A DNA stretch of 64,000 nt from Eledone cirrhosa (GCA_964016885.1 OZ024743.1:245892001-245956000), one strand, 5' to 3'. Counted from the stretch's first letter, positions 1-11,885 are shown. Program-made: numbers and translations. The notes: generated by a model not told the origin, from the sequence alone.

Positions 1-520
1 ATACACAAACATACATGTACACGGACATACACATATACATACGCATATATATACAGATACACACACACATACACACACATATATAAAAACATATGCTGAC
101 ATACAGACATATACAAATGCATATACACACTCACATATATCACATACATATATATATATATACATATACATGCATATATACATATATATGTATATATGCA
201 TGTATGTGTATGTGTATATATATGTATATATGCATGTATGTGTATATATATATGTATATATGGCACAAGCATACATACGCGAACACACACACACATATAT
301 ACATAGATACGAAATGATACGGAGACGTCACACACAGAGTTATACATGAATACAATCACATACGTAAAACTACAAATAGATATATGTGTCCTATTGAAGT
401 ATAAGCAGCTTGGAGCATGCAAAAATACAAATGAACACACGCAGATAACCACACACATAAATACATATAACATACGCACGCAACCACATATATATATATA
501 AATATATATACACACACATT

Positions 521-564
<44 letters not shown>

Positions 565-570
565 CATTGC
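1..570. repeat. (TA)n/(CA)n microsatellite tract containing a dispersed ~175-bp repeat (315-490)
   Basis: Dinucleotide runs. 315-490 matches the reverse complement of ~6088-6268 and, more loosely, ~14500-14650. Confidence 0.85.
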
Positions 571-640
571 CCATTGTGTACGCTGAGATACAATCGGTCC
601 TGGCATTAATAAATATGCTGGGACCGTCAACTCATTATTT

Positions 641-1060
641 TGCCTTTCATCCTTACGGGGTCGATAAAATAAAGTACCAGTAATGCACTAGGTAATTGCT
701 GGCCTTGTGCCAATAGTAGAAACAATTATTATTATCTCCCAACTAATAGATAATTGTTTCTACTTTTGGCACAAGGCCAGCAATTTTCCAGTGTATTACT
801 GGTACTTTATTTTATCGACCCAGTAAGGATGAAAGGCAAAGTTAACCTCGACGGGATTTGAACTCAGACCATAAAGGGCCGTAACTCTTTGCTGCAAAGC
901 ATGGCATCCGACCCTCTACCGATACTGCCAATCCACCACCACTCTATAATAGATAATTGTTTCTACTTTTGTCACAAGGCCAGCAATTACCCAGTGCATT
1001 ACTGGTACTTTATTTTATCGACCCCGGAAGGATGAAAGGCAAAGTTAACCTCGGCGGGAT
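641..1060. mobile_element. Cluster of tRNA-derived SINE copies (3' fragment + at 641-733; near full-length - at 751-940; fragment - at 953-1060)
   Basis: Shared body GCCTTTCATCCTTACGGGGTCGATAAAATAAAGTACCAG (resembles the MetaSINE central domain). The minus copy has A box TGGCAGTATCGG, B box GAGTTCAAATCC and an ATT-type tail. Confidence 0.8.
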
Positions 1061-1444
1061 GGAATTTAAAGTCCGTTAAAAATTCTTGGCACTACCATTG
1101 TTACTATCGCTTTCCTCTAGTCATGGGACTTGAAGACATGAGCCGAATGCTACCATTCTATTATACATCGATGTGGGACTGCTATTTCTAATAACCATCT
1201 TTTCACTTCTTATTAATTTGTGTGTGAGACACGTTGACTGAGTGGTTTTGACGGGAAAGAAAAGATTGGTTTCCTATTCTCCCGCCATCGCGTAAAGTTT
1301 GTAAATCGGTGGCTGGTCGAGGGACAGAGTTGTATCAGATTCCAGTTGCTAATCACTTTACTGTGTCGGTTGTCACAAACAGTCATATCCAGCATGGGCT
1401 AGGGTTTGGATTCTGTCGATCGATTGGTTATTGATTAGGCGATA

Positions 1445-1555
1445 CCTGCTGATGAAGCCACATACACCGATTATGCATTGTTGCATAATATATGTAGACA
1501 GAGGGTGCAGTGCACCTTACTGCTGCATTAAGTGTGGCCGAAACTCGAGTCCGGG
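1445..1555 (+). ncRNA. Type-I hammerhead ribozyme with branched, extended stem II
   Basis: cctg-CTGATGA-a-gccacat...gtgtggc-c-GAAA-ctcgag-TC-cggg. Stem II insert has hairpins attatgca/tgcataat and agggtgca/tgcacctt. Confidence 0.75.
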
Positions 1556-1712
1556 AACTATTATAGGCACCCGTTTTACGTGTGTTGTATTGAAGCGAAT
1601 AACTATGTGTATACTCTGGGAATGTATCCTACATTACCTATTGAGTACGCTGGGTTACAACAGTCTTGGCATTGATAAATATGCTGGGTTCGTCAACTCC
1701 TTATTATGTGTG

Positions 1713-1764
<52 letters not shown>

Positions 1765-1849
1765 TACATACATATACATACACACACACATATGCACACA
1801 TGCACACACATATACATATATATACACAAAATATATATAAAAATATATG

Positions 1850-2770
1850 TTAGATGATTCCGAAGAGAATGCTCTATGTATAGAACAGAGCTGTTAAAAT
1901 ATTTAAGTATATATAAATATATAAATATATTTTGTTGTTGAAAGAATGTGATAAAGGCAAAGGAAAAACGAGTGCTCTATGTATAGAACAGAGCTGTAAA
2001 AATATTTTGTTATTGAAAGTATGTGATAAAGGCCCAAGGTGGAATAAGAGAGAATGTTCAGGAAAAGATGAAGTCAAAAAGTGAATATGTAAAATAAGTA
2101 TAAAATAAAGTAAAATAAAATAAGTGTTGAAATTATAAAGTAAGAGAGATTGTTCAAGGTAAAATGTAAGGGAAAAGAAGAAATGAATAAAATAGGTGTA
2201 ATATAAAATAAGGGCTTAATATAAGTGTGGAATGTCTGATAAAGGTCCATAGTGTTTAAAGTAAGAAAGAGTGTTTAAGGTGTAATATATGATAAGTGTT
2301 GAATGTGTGAAAAGGAGAGTGTTCAAGGTGAGTAAGTGTTTTGATATCGAGAAAGGAGATGAGTTCTTAAATGTGGGCAAATTTTAAATATCTCAGAATT
2401 AGAGTTAAGACAGGTGTTGGGAGATTTCGAATTCTATATTTTTCTGTTACGCACAAGGTACACCTTCTTGTGCCTTTAACATATTCTTTTGATTGGTCTA
2501 AGATAGACCAATCAATTTCATATGGGATCCCACGCTCTTTCATCTCCCACACTCTGTTTGCCAACGCCGTAGTTTTCTTTTTATCCTGGTGTCGAAAGGA
2601 AGCGACGTGTGCATAGTATCTTTTTTTAAAGATATCCTGGGTCATGCCCACATAACGTTCTCCGGTAGAAGGTTGGTTAGTGTGAGTAGGTCTTATAATT
2701 GCCTCATATACAACGGATTTGATGTTGCATTTGCCTTGTGATTTGGTCGGTTTGTTCCTTCTGCACACAA
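1850..2770 (-). mobile_element. Penelope-like element 3' fragment (GIY-YIG endonuclease + 3' region)
   Basis: ORF 2367..2879 contains KCNIKSVVYEA...YVGMT..FKKRYYAH..SF..TALANRVW..YEIDWSIL..CTLCVTEK, the typical PLE GIY-YIG domain. Confidence 0.85.
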
Positions 2771-2879
2771 TAAGGGAAAAAACTCCCAGGTCATACCATC
2801 GGGTTATATCGAGACGACGGACTAGCAGTCTCTCATACCACAAATGGCCATGACCTCGACACTTTTCGTAAAGATTCAA

Positions 2880-3308
2880 TTAAACTATTCTCTGACCTAA
2901 ATCTTAAAATTACTATAGATACTAATCTTACCAACGTAAATTTCCTTGATATAAACCTGACTTACTCACTGCTTCATTTAAACCTTACCATAAACCTAAT
3001 GAGAATCTTAGATATATAAATAAACAATCATGCCACCCTCCCATAGTATTCAAAAACCTCATCCCTAATATTAGCCGTAGGATATCTTCCCTCTCCTCTT
3101 CTGAAGAAATATTTAATAAAGCAGCCCATTACTATAATAAGGCCCTTAAAAATAGCGGATTCATAGAACAAATTAAATATATTTCTAACCCCTCTAATCC
3201 TCCTACACATAATAATAGGAAAAGAAAGATAATCTGGTTCACACCACCTTTCTCTTTAGCACTCAAAACTAATGTAGGTAGAAAATTCCTTGAATTAGTA
3301 GATAAACA
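2880..3308 (+). mobile_element. Penelope RT thumb/linker fragment, back-to-back with the preceding fragment
   Basis: Translates (with a frameshift) NVNFLDINL..FKPYHKPNENLRYINKQSCHPPIVFKNLIPNISRRISSLSSSEEIF..YYNKALKNSGF..RKIIWFTPPFS. Confidence 0.85.
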
Positions 3309-3398
3309 TAAATATATATATGTGTGTGTGTGTGTATGTGTATGTGTGTATGTATGTGTGTGTATGTGTGTGTGTGTATTTGTGTATGTAGGTGTGTG

Positions 3399-3430
<32 letters not shown>

Positions 3431-3431
3431 T

Positions 3432-5780
3432 ATAATATAAGATCAAAAGATGGTTAAAAGAGTTCCAATTATTTTATTATGCGCATTTCAAAAACAAATA
3501 TCATCATGAGATGATATCTGTGTTTTCATCAGGTAAAATAGGGATACATGATATGAAGGTTAAAAAACACTTGTGAATAGTGAAGCTTTAAATCAACATA
3601 TGAAAAATAATTTAAGATTGATGTGTGATATTGGGAAAAAGTGAGGGGGGGGGGCGATTGGAAAGGGTAAGGAAGAGGAGGAGATGAGAGTAAAGAATGG
3701 TGGGGGAGGAGTATAAGAAGGAAGGATGAGAGAGGAGGAGAAATGGGTGATAGAGAGGGAGAGATAGCCTTTACAACTGAGAAAAATATATATTGTCTCA
3801 CACAGAAAAGTTAAAAAGCCGTTGGAAAATAATAGATAATTTAAAAGAATTTAAAATTAAAAGTTGATGAAGAGAAAAAGGGGTTAAGAATAATATTAAA
3901 TTAAGGTTTGTATATTGAAGGGTTTAATAATATGTGCGGGGAAAAGAAATTGTTAATATGAATTATTAAAATAAAAATATTAATGTTATTAAGGATATAA
4001 TGTGAAAAGAAGTAGAAGAGTGGATGAGTTATGAATTTAGAGGAATTATTTAGTGTTTAAGTTTGTTTTTATGTAATGTAATATGTGTGCGTAATATATG
4101 TAAATAGTTTGTTTAAAAATGAGCGCAGAAAGCAAAGAAGAAAAGAATGTTTAAGGAAGAAAATATCTAACATCAAAATATATATGTTTACGAAATATTT
4201 TCTAATGGTAATAATATAATATATTAAAGGAAATTAGTTAGGGTTTAAGTTTGTTTTTATGTATTGTAATATGTAATATGTAAAAGTCAAACGAGCATGA
4301 AAGGAAGAGATAAGGAACTTAAGGAAGAAAAATCTAACGTTAAAAAATGTTTATGTTTACGAAGGACTATTAAAAGTAATACTATAATTAATGTATTTAA
4401 AAGATGATAATAAATTTTATGGCCAATGATATGAAGAAAGATGGAGGAGTGGATATGTTGTGGTGAGTAATAATAAGAATTGAGAAGTAGTTAGGAAGAA
4501 AAAGTACAGATTAGAGGTTAGAAATTAAAAAGAAAAAAGAAAAGAGGAAGAAAGGAAAGTGATAAAGAGGAATGATATAGAATGAGTAACTTGTATTATA
4601 TAATATATAATAACTAATATTGAAATAAGGTAGAAAGATGGGTATATTTAAAAAATATATATATAAGCCTTTGAGAAAAAGGATTTTATGGAATGTTCTG
4701 TGGAATTTATGCAAGCAGAGAGAAAATAAATCAGTGCGTCTATTTATTATAGAATCTAAATTAGATATAATGGTAAATTTCTCAGATAGGCAAAGATTAC
4801 ACTTCTGGATAGGGAGGCATTCAAGTAGGGAGAGGCAGAACAAACTTTCCTTCAAGAGATGTTATAGTTAATATTTTTGTCTTTCAAGGACCATATGAGT
4901 TCTGAGAGTGCCGTGTTAGTTCTTTTAAGTTGGTATCTAAAAGACGAATTGTGATTATAAAATCTCACTTTGAAGGAGGTGGAAGTGGAACCGAAATAGG
5001 TAAAGGAATTGGTATCAGTTATAACTTTACATTCATAGACTAAGTTTTTTCAAGACAATGGTTATTGAGAGGACATTTAGTTTTAACAGGGCAATTACAA
5101 TTGCGATTAGAGAAATTAACAGAGTTATTAACAAGTGACCTAGTGTTATTTATAGGAGGAATTGGATTGGAGAAGTTATTTACGATAGGAATAATAGTTT
5201 CCTGATTTAGATTGGTATTATGAACATTCAACGAAGTTACGTTTGACGTCGTATTTGAGTTTGCAGAATCTAGCCTAGAGTTAACAATGACGTCGGGAGT
5301 ACTACTGCTATTATTATGACACTGTGTTGGAAGGATGTGATTTAATATTTAATATTTTATTGTTGTGTTTAGAGATAATGTTAGAGATGTTGGAGGAGGT
5401 GGAATAGGAAAATGTTATTGTATGTTTGTTAAATATTTTACTATAGATATGTGAGGGAGGGAAGCATTTATCTAAGGCCCTAAAGAATAGTTTAGGAATA
5501 TTATTATTAATAGAAATAGAGAAAGGAGCATTATACTAGATTATATTTTTGTATCTAGGTCTTTTATTTAAGTTATTGGAATGATCATAATTAATTATTT
5601 TACTGTAAGACCTAGGATTGGTTTCTTTACTGTATTTAATTTTATCAGGATAACCGGCTTTAGAAAGCGCATTATTATAGTAATTGGCGTTAGCATCAAA
5701 GATATTTTTATTAGAGGAAATTGAAATGCGCATAATAAAATACTTGGAACTCTTTTAACCATCTTTTGATCTTATATTAT
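3432..5780 (-). mobile_element. 5'-truncated, decayed Penelope-like element with 3' pseudo-LTR and an inverted pLTR tip (5723-5780)
   Basis: Fragmented ORFs RISISSNKNIFDANANYYNNALSKAGY, CNCPVKTKCPLNNHCL, CNLCLSEK. HHR at the 3' end. 5723-5780 is the reverse complement of ~3432-3490. Confidence 0.85.
3470..3540 (-). ncRNA. Hammerhead ribozyme (PLE pLTR)
   Basis: tattttac-CTGATGA-aaacacagatatcatc...gatgatatttgttttt-GAAA-tgcgca-TA-ataaaata. Confidence 0.8.
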
Positions 5781-5967
5781 GGTGGATTGGCAGTATCGGT
5801 AGAGGGTCGGACGCCATGCTTTCCAGCATAGTTACGTCCCTTTACGGACTGAGTTCAAATCCCGCCGAGGTTGACTTTGTCTTTCATCCTTACGGGATCG
5901 ATAAAATAAAAGTACCAGTAATGCACTGGATAATTGCTGGCCTTGTGCCTAAAGTAGAAAAATTATT
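5781..5967 (+). mobile_element. tRNA-derived SINE, full length
   Basis: A box TGGCAGTATCGG, B box GAGTTCAAATCC, same body and tail as 751-940. Confidence 0.85.
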
Positions 5968-6350
5968 TATACTCCAGTCCTACAAACTGTAGAGTGCTAC
6001 TTATCCGATATTTGCATTGCTTTATTGTGCTACAATAAAACTCACCTCCTACATATATATATATATTACGTTTTTTTATTGATATATATGTGGTTGCGTG
6101 CGTATGTATATATGTATTTATGTGTGTGGTTATCTGCGTGTGTTCATTTGTATTTCTGCATGCTCCAAGCTGCTTATACTTCAACAGGACACATATATCT
6201 ATTTGTAGTTTTACGTATGTGATTGTATTCATGTATAACTCTGTGTGTGACGTCTCCGTATCATTTCATATATATGTATATATGTGTCTGTGTGTTTGGG
6301 TATGTATGCTTTTGCAGACTAGTGTGTCTGTGCCATATATACATATATAT

Positions 6351-6682
6351 GTATATATGATGAAACACAGATACCAACACATCTGCATTTATATTGCAAA
6401 AGAAAATTTAGCCAGAATGAAGTATACTAATTATTATACTACAGTTTGTCCATATCGATTTAAAATAATAAATCAACAAAGACGAACTGCATTGCCAAAT
6501 GGCTATGATGTTTAGACACATTTAAATTTCAAACAGGACACATGTATCTATTTGTAGTTGATTTATTATTTTAAATCGATATGGACAAACTGTAGTATAA
6601 TAATTAGTATACTTCATTCTGGCTAAATTTTCTTTTGCAATATAAATACAGATGTGTTGGTATCTGTGTTTCATCATATATA
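6351..6682. repeat. Inverted repeat, ~125-bp arms, ~80-bp spacer
   Basis: 6351-6477 is the near-perfect reverse complement of 6558-6682. Confidence 0.85.
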
Positions 6683-6856
6683 TTAGTTTATACACGGCTC
6701 AGAAATATTTCCTTCTTCGAGCTAATTCCATTGTAAAAGAATTCATTACACTTAATAATATATATGTATATATGCATGTATGTGTATATATATATATGTA
6801 TGTGATATATGTGAGTGTGTATATGTATTTGTATATGTCTGTATATATGTTTGTAT

Positions 6857-7180
6857 ATAATAATGAAATTATTGTGTACAGTGCTCAGGTGCACTACAAC
6901 TTGTCAAAGGTGCATGTATAGTACATAGAATAATATACAAATGTCAAGGAAGTGAATAGTGTATGAATCATGATATACATGTGTATGTGTAAAAAGGGGG
7001 ATATCAGGCGAATCTCAGGAAGCATGGAGGTTTTAAAGGATGCAGTGTCTCGACAGCTAACAGCTGATGCAGGTAGTTTGTTCCATGCTTCAGCAACTCT
7101 GAGCGTGAAAAATGTTCCCGAAAGTCATGGGAACTGTGGTGTTTTCTGACTTTGTGGGCATGCCCACGTGTGTTAGACAC
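6857..7180 (-). mobile_element. CR1-type LINE 3' end fragment
   Basis: Matches the C-terminus (NTRGHAHKVRK) and 3' UTR of the CR1 copies at 7900-9760, 54224-55785 and 63150-64000. Confidence 0.85.
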
Positions 7181-7511
7181 TAGCTGTTGAAACGGCAAGA
7201 GTTCAGCCGTCGGGTCATGACTCTTTATAATATAAACATACTCTACTACCCCAAGTATTGAGAACCCTGTTGAATAATGGTCTATATATATATACTCTTT
7301 TACTCTTTTACCTGTTTCAGCCATCCGGCTGAGGCCATGCTGGGGCACCGCCCTTGGGATATATATATATATATATTAGAAAGTGAACAACATAAAATAT
7401 AGTATTTAGAGAAATGCCAGAATAATTCCAGCAAGTATGCTTATACAGATATATACCAGAAGAAATTTACCCAATATATGATTTATAAATCGAAAAAAAC
7501 AAACAAAACTA

Positions 7512-7579
7512 CTCCATTACCAAAGGTTTCTGGATCACAAGCGATAATAATATACGTCTGGATCGTTCGTCAGACAGAG
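7512..7579 (-). ncRNA. Degenerate hammerhead ribozyme
   Basis: ctctgt-CTGACGA...GAAA-cctttgg-TA-atggag. Stem II pairs poorly. Confidence 0.45.
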
Positions 7580-7806
7580 ATGTTATAGATAAAAGATATG
7601 AAAGGAGATTTAAAATCTGTTAAAAATTGGAAGTGAGGCTGGAAAAATAACGGGAAATATACATAAGAAAAGAAGGGTAAGAAAAATAATATATAAAAAT
7701 ATATAGCAATATAGAAAAAGACATATGTGTACATACATATACACACACATACACCCATTCAGATAAAAGTAAAATAAAAGTAAAATATATATAGATATGT
7801 ATATAT

Positions 7807-7903
<97 letters not shown>

Positions 7904-7966
7904 AATGTCAGGGAAGTGAATAGTGTATGAGTTATGATATACATGTGTGTATGTGGAGGGGGAACA

Positions 7967-9745
7967 TTAGGTGTAGTGTTGGCGAATCTCAGGAAGCATG
8001 GAGGTTTTAAAGGATGCAGTGTCTCGACAGCTAACAACTGATGCAAGTAGTTTGTTCCATGCTTCAGCAACTCTGAGTGTGAATAAATGTTTCCGAAAAT
8101 CATGGGAGCTGTGCTGTTTTCTGACTTTGTGGGCATGTCCACGTGTGTGAGACACATGGAGGTCAAAAAGGTACTCAGGGTTGTAGTTGGCAAGATGGTT
8201 AATAATTTTGTGGGTATTTACCAAGTCAGTTGCCAGGCGTCGGAGCTTCAATGAATCCATGCCCAGGGAAGCACGGCGTTCAGAGTATGGTAGGTGTCTG
8301 ATGGAGGGTATGCGCTTGGTTGCACATCTCTGAACAGTTTCCAGGTGGTCAATGTTCTGAGTAAGATAGGGGTTCCAGATTGGTGATGCAAATTCTAAGT
8401 GTGGTCGCACCATAGCTGTATACAGCCTTAAATAGATATCTGGAGAGCGGCTGACAAAGGTATTACTGAGTGATGCTAAGACACCCTCGGCCTTTTCGAC
8501 AATTTTAGAGACGTGCTTCGTCCACCACAAATCGCTGCTGACCGTAATGCCCAGGTCACGTTCACAAGAAGACTTCTTGATATTAGTGTTGTGGAGGGAG
8601 TCTGTGGACGCTGGATTTTTACTCCCAAAATGCATGGTGGTACACTTGTCCACAGCTAGCTTGAGTTGCCAGTCCGTGAGCCATTGTTGTATTGTGTCCA
8701 GGTCAGATTGCAGGCAAGATCTATAATGTTCAGGATCTGTCCTTTTTATCTCAAGGTACAACTTGATGTAATCTGCATATTTCAATACTGTGGCATTCTT
8801 TAAGTTGGCATCTATGTCATTAATATATGCCACAAACAAAAGGGCGCCAAGAACAGATCCCTGTGGTACACCAGATGACATCTCATACAGTGAGGAATGT
8901 TGTCCTAGAACCGTGACTACCTCTCTTCGACTGAGAATGAAGGACTTCAACCAGTTAATAATATCATCCTTCACACCCATTGCAGAGAGTTTTGCCATAA
9001 GTCTTTTGTGTGGCACAGAATTGAAAGCTTTAGCAAAGTCAAGGTAAACAACATCCACCCATGAGCCGCCATCAGTGATCCGGGTGATGTCTTCAAGAAA
9101 CTCGATAAGTTGATCACAGCAGCTGAAGTTAGGGATAAATCCAAATTGCGAGGGTCGGATAAGACTGTGAGAGTTCCAGAAGTTCCAAAGTGTTTCTCTG
9201 ACACAGGATTCCATCAGTTTGGCAATGCAGCTAGTAAGACTGACTGGGCGATAGTTCACAGGTGATGTGCGGTCACCCTTATTAAACAGAGGAATGACAC
9301 TGGCAGTTTTCCACTGTTCTGGAGTAGCACCGTTGTTCAGACAGAATTGGAAGAAGCGTGATAACTGGTGCAGAAGGAAGTACCCACCATGTTTGAGAAG
9401 CAGGTACGTAACATCATCAAGACCAGGAGAGGCATGGTTGCGTTTATTTTTAAGGTGACGTCGCAGCATTGCAGGTGTAAATTCCATAGTTGTAATAGAA
9501 TCCGATGTCATAGGTGGTGGAGATGGTACACTCTGGTCTTCAATAGTGAAAATGCCTGCATAGCATTCAGCAATGAGCTCTGCGCATTTTCTGGGGTCGT
9601 CAGTAACCTGGCTTGTGTGGGGATTGCGAAGAGGACCAACTGGAGAGTGAGGTATCTGCTTTGAATGAACATACTTCCAGAACACCTTACTGTCAAGGTT
9701 GGTTGTTATGCGTTGCTCAAATTCAAGCACCGCCTTTTTTGTCAC
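7967..9745 (-). CDS. CR1-clade LINE reverse transcriptase (5'-truncated ORF2; catalytic YADD changed to YADY)
   Basis: 592 aa with SPGLD, NYRPVSLTSCIAKLME, QFGF, VYLDFAKAFNSVPH, GVPQGSVLG, RDLGI, VRPHLEFASPIWNP, TRGH. Confidence 0.92.
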   Translation of the reverse strand: MTKKAVLEFEQRITTNLDSKVFWKYVHSKQIPHSPVGPLRNPHTSQVTDDPRKCAELIAECYAGIFTIEDQSVPSPPPMTSDSITTMEFTPAMLRRHLKNKRNHASPGLDDVTYLLLKHGGYFLLHQLSRFFQFCLNNGATPEQWKTASVIPLFNKGDRTSPVNYRPVSLTSCIAKLMESCVRETLWNFWNSHSLIRPSQFGFIPNFSCCDQLIEFLEDITRITDGGSWVDVVYLDFAKAFNSVPHKRLMAKLSAMGVKDDIINWLKSFILSRREVVTVLGQHSSLYEMSSGVPQGSVLGALLFVAYINDIDANLKNATVLKYADYIKLYLEIKRTDPEHYRSCLQSDLDTIQQWLTDWQLKLAVDKCTTMHFGSKNPASTDSLHNTNIKKSSCERDLGITVSSDLWWTKHVSKIVEKAEGVLASLSNTFVSRSPDIYLRLYTAMVRPHLEFASPIWNPYLTQNIDHLETVQRCATKRIPSIRHLPYSERRASLGMDSLKLRRLATDLVNTHKIINHLANYNPEYLFDLHVSHTRGHAHKVRKQHSSHDFRKHLFTLRVAEAWNKLLASVVSCRDTASFKTSMLPEIRQHYT

Positions 9746-9897
9746 CTGCTTGAGATGGTTCGATGATTTATTTCGCTTTGCTCTGGTCTATACATAGAGC
9801 ACTCGTTTTTCCTTTGCTTTCTTTTCGGAATCACCTAACACACACACACACACATACACACACACACACACACACACAGACACACACACACACACAC

Positions 9898-9984
<87 letters not shown>

Positions 9985-10104
9985 TGTATATATAGTGTAT
10001 TTGATAATACATTGTATGCTTAATTAAAAGCATTTTGAAGACCTTACGCTTATTGTTTTAAAGTACTGACTATGTCACTTCTTTTTTCAACACACAAAGG
10101 GAGA

Positions 10105-10152
10105 TAAGCTGACAGATCTCTGTTTCATACTGTTGGTATTCCTCAGAGCTTA
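10105..10152 (-). ncRNA. Compact canonical hammerhead ribozyme
   Basis: taagct-CTGAGGA-atac-caaca-gtat-GAAA-cag-agat-ctg-TC-agctta. All three stems pair perfectly; GUC cleavage triplet. Confidence 0.9.
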
Positions 10153-10359
10153 GCACGCCCCTTGTTTGTTGAAAAATTATGAATGTTGGATTCTTTTAGA
10201 ATTCCAGTAATAATCAGGAATATATATATAACGAAGGAGTTGTGGCAAGGAACCAGATGGACCATAATGCACCAGAGTACTCAATGCTTAGGGTAGTAGA
10301 GTGGGTAATAGGAAAATGTATGACCTCGACGGCAGAGCTCTGGCGTCGGGGCCATACAT

Positions 10360-10456
<97 letters not shown>

Positions 10457-10489
10457 GTTAAAAGAATAGAGGTGTAACACACAAGTTAT

Positions 10490-10883
10490 TATATATTGGT
10501 AAACGGAATAGAAAATGCTGACAAATTGTTCACAGTTGAAAAATGGTTTAATTAGGAATAAAAGAGTATTAGTAATTGTATGGGTTAATATTCAGTTGTG
10601 GTTTTAAGTTTTTAAGTTTTTACCGGCTGCGCATTTCTAAATGCTTTTCAAAAATAATTTTGAGATAGACTGTCCGTGTTGTTTGCTCTGATCAGAGCAA
10701 ACAACACGGACAGTCTATCTCAAAATTATTTTTGAAAAGCATTTAGAAATGCGCAGCCGGTAAAAACTTAAAAACTTAAAACCACAACTGAATATTAACC
10801 CATACAATTACTAATACTCTTTTATTCCTAATTAAACCATTTTTCAACTGTGAACAATTTGTCAGCATTTTCTATTCCGTTTA

Positions 10884-10893
<10 letters not shown>
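10490..10893. repeat. Perfect ~404-bp palindrome with no spacer
   Basis: Centre ctctga|tcagag at 10691/10692. Arms appear identical by eye; flanked by (TA)n. Confidence 0.92.
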
Positions 10894-10974
<81 letters not shown>

Positions 10975-10979
<5 letters not shown>

Positions 10980-11478
10980 ATCTGAGTTTTTCGAATATTA
11001 ATAATAACATTCGATTCGTTTGCAATTAAGCAAACAAGCCTCAATTTTATAGCCATGTCAGTAGGATGAACACTTCATTCTTGCTCTTATGTTGGCATGC
11101 GAAAAGAACTGCTCGTATACAGGAAACTGACTGGCCAGTCTGCTGATATGCAAATCTGGCTGATCAGTGGATCTGCTAATATGCAGATCTGACTGATCAG
11201 CCAGTCTGCTAATATGCAAATCAGGCCGATCAGTCACTGTGTATTTTTGAAAATAGCATATATTTTCACTAGTTCTGACAGTTTGCAGGTGAACAGTGAG
11301 CTGTACTGATGAAGGGTGATACCCAGAAACATTAGTGTCTGCAGTTCTGTTCGCATGCCAACATAAGAGCAAGAATGAAGTGTTCATTCTACTGACATGG
11401 CTATACAATTGAGGCTTGTTTGCTTAATTGCAAACGAATCGAATGTTATTATTAATATTCTAAAAACTCAGATTACAT
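10975..11478 (+). mobile_element. Non-coding HHR-bearing repeat (pLTR/retrozyme-like) with an inverted copy of its 3' ~135 bp
   Basis: 10975-11112 is the reverse complement of 11341-11478. Internal 3 x 33-bp repeat. Second copy at 20241-20646. Confidence 0.75.
11298..11347 (+). ncRNA. Hammerhead ribozyme
   Basis: gagctgta-CTGATGA-a-gggt-gat-accc-a-GAAA-cattagtg-TC-tgcagttc. Confidence 0.8.
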
Positions 11479-11753
11479 TTATTGTATTCAGCCATGTAGA
11501 GCGAAATTTTCTTTTTTATATATATATAAACAATGAGTTAATTGATTTGTTGATTATTCAACAAAGTTAATTTTACAGCAGATTAGAAGCACTCAACGGC
11601 ATTTCTCCGGAGTATCATTAATATCAATAATATTAATAAATGGAAAATATCTTTATAAAACCATATTTATTTTATTATATGTATTTCAAGGGTACTAATA
11701 TTTTAGTGACATATCTTCATGAAGATATGTCACTATCTTTACACCAATTATTA

Positions 11754-11814
11754 TATTTTATCTGACGAAAGCGTACTAAAATATTAGTACCCTTGAAATA
11801 CGTATAATAAAATA
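11754..11814 (+). ncRNA. Hammerhead ribozyme within an inverted pLTR pair (~11530-11850)
   Basis: tattttat-CTGACGA-aagcgtacta-aaatat-tagtaccctt-GAAA-tacgta-TA-ataaaata. An inverted 3' half lies at ~11667-11707. Confidence 0.85.
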
Positions 11815-11885
11815 AAGATATTTTCCATTTATTAATATTATTGATATATATATATTATATGTATATATATATATTAGCAGTTAAT

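Noticed and set aside
8790-9664. Plus-strand ORFs overlapping the CR1 RT (similarly over the RTE and PLE ORFs)
   Set aside because: Antisense shadows of retroelement coding sequence.
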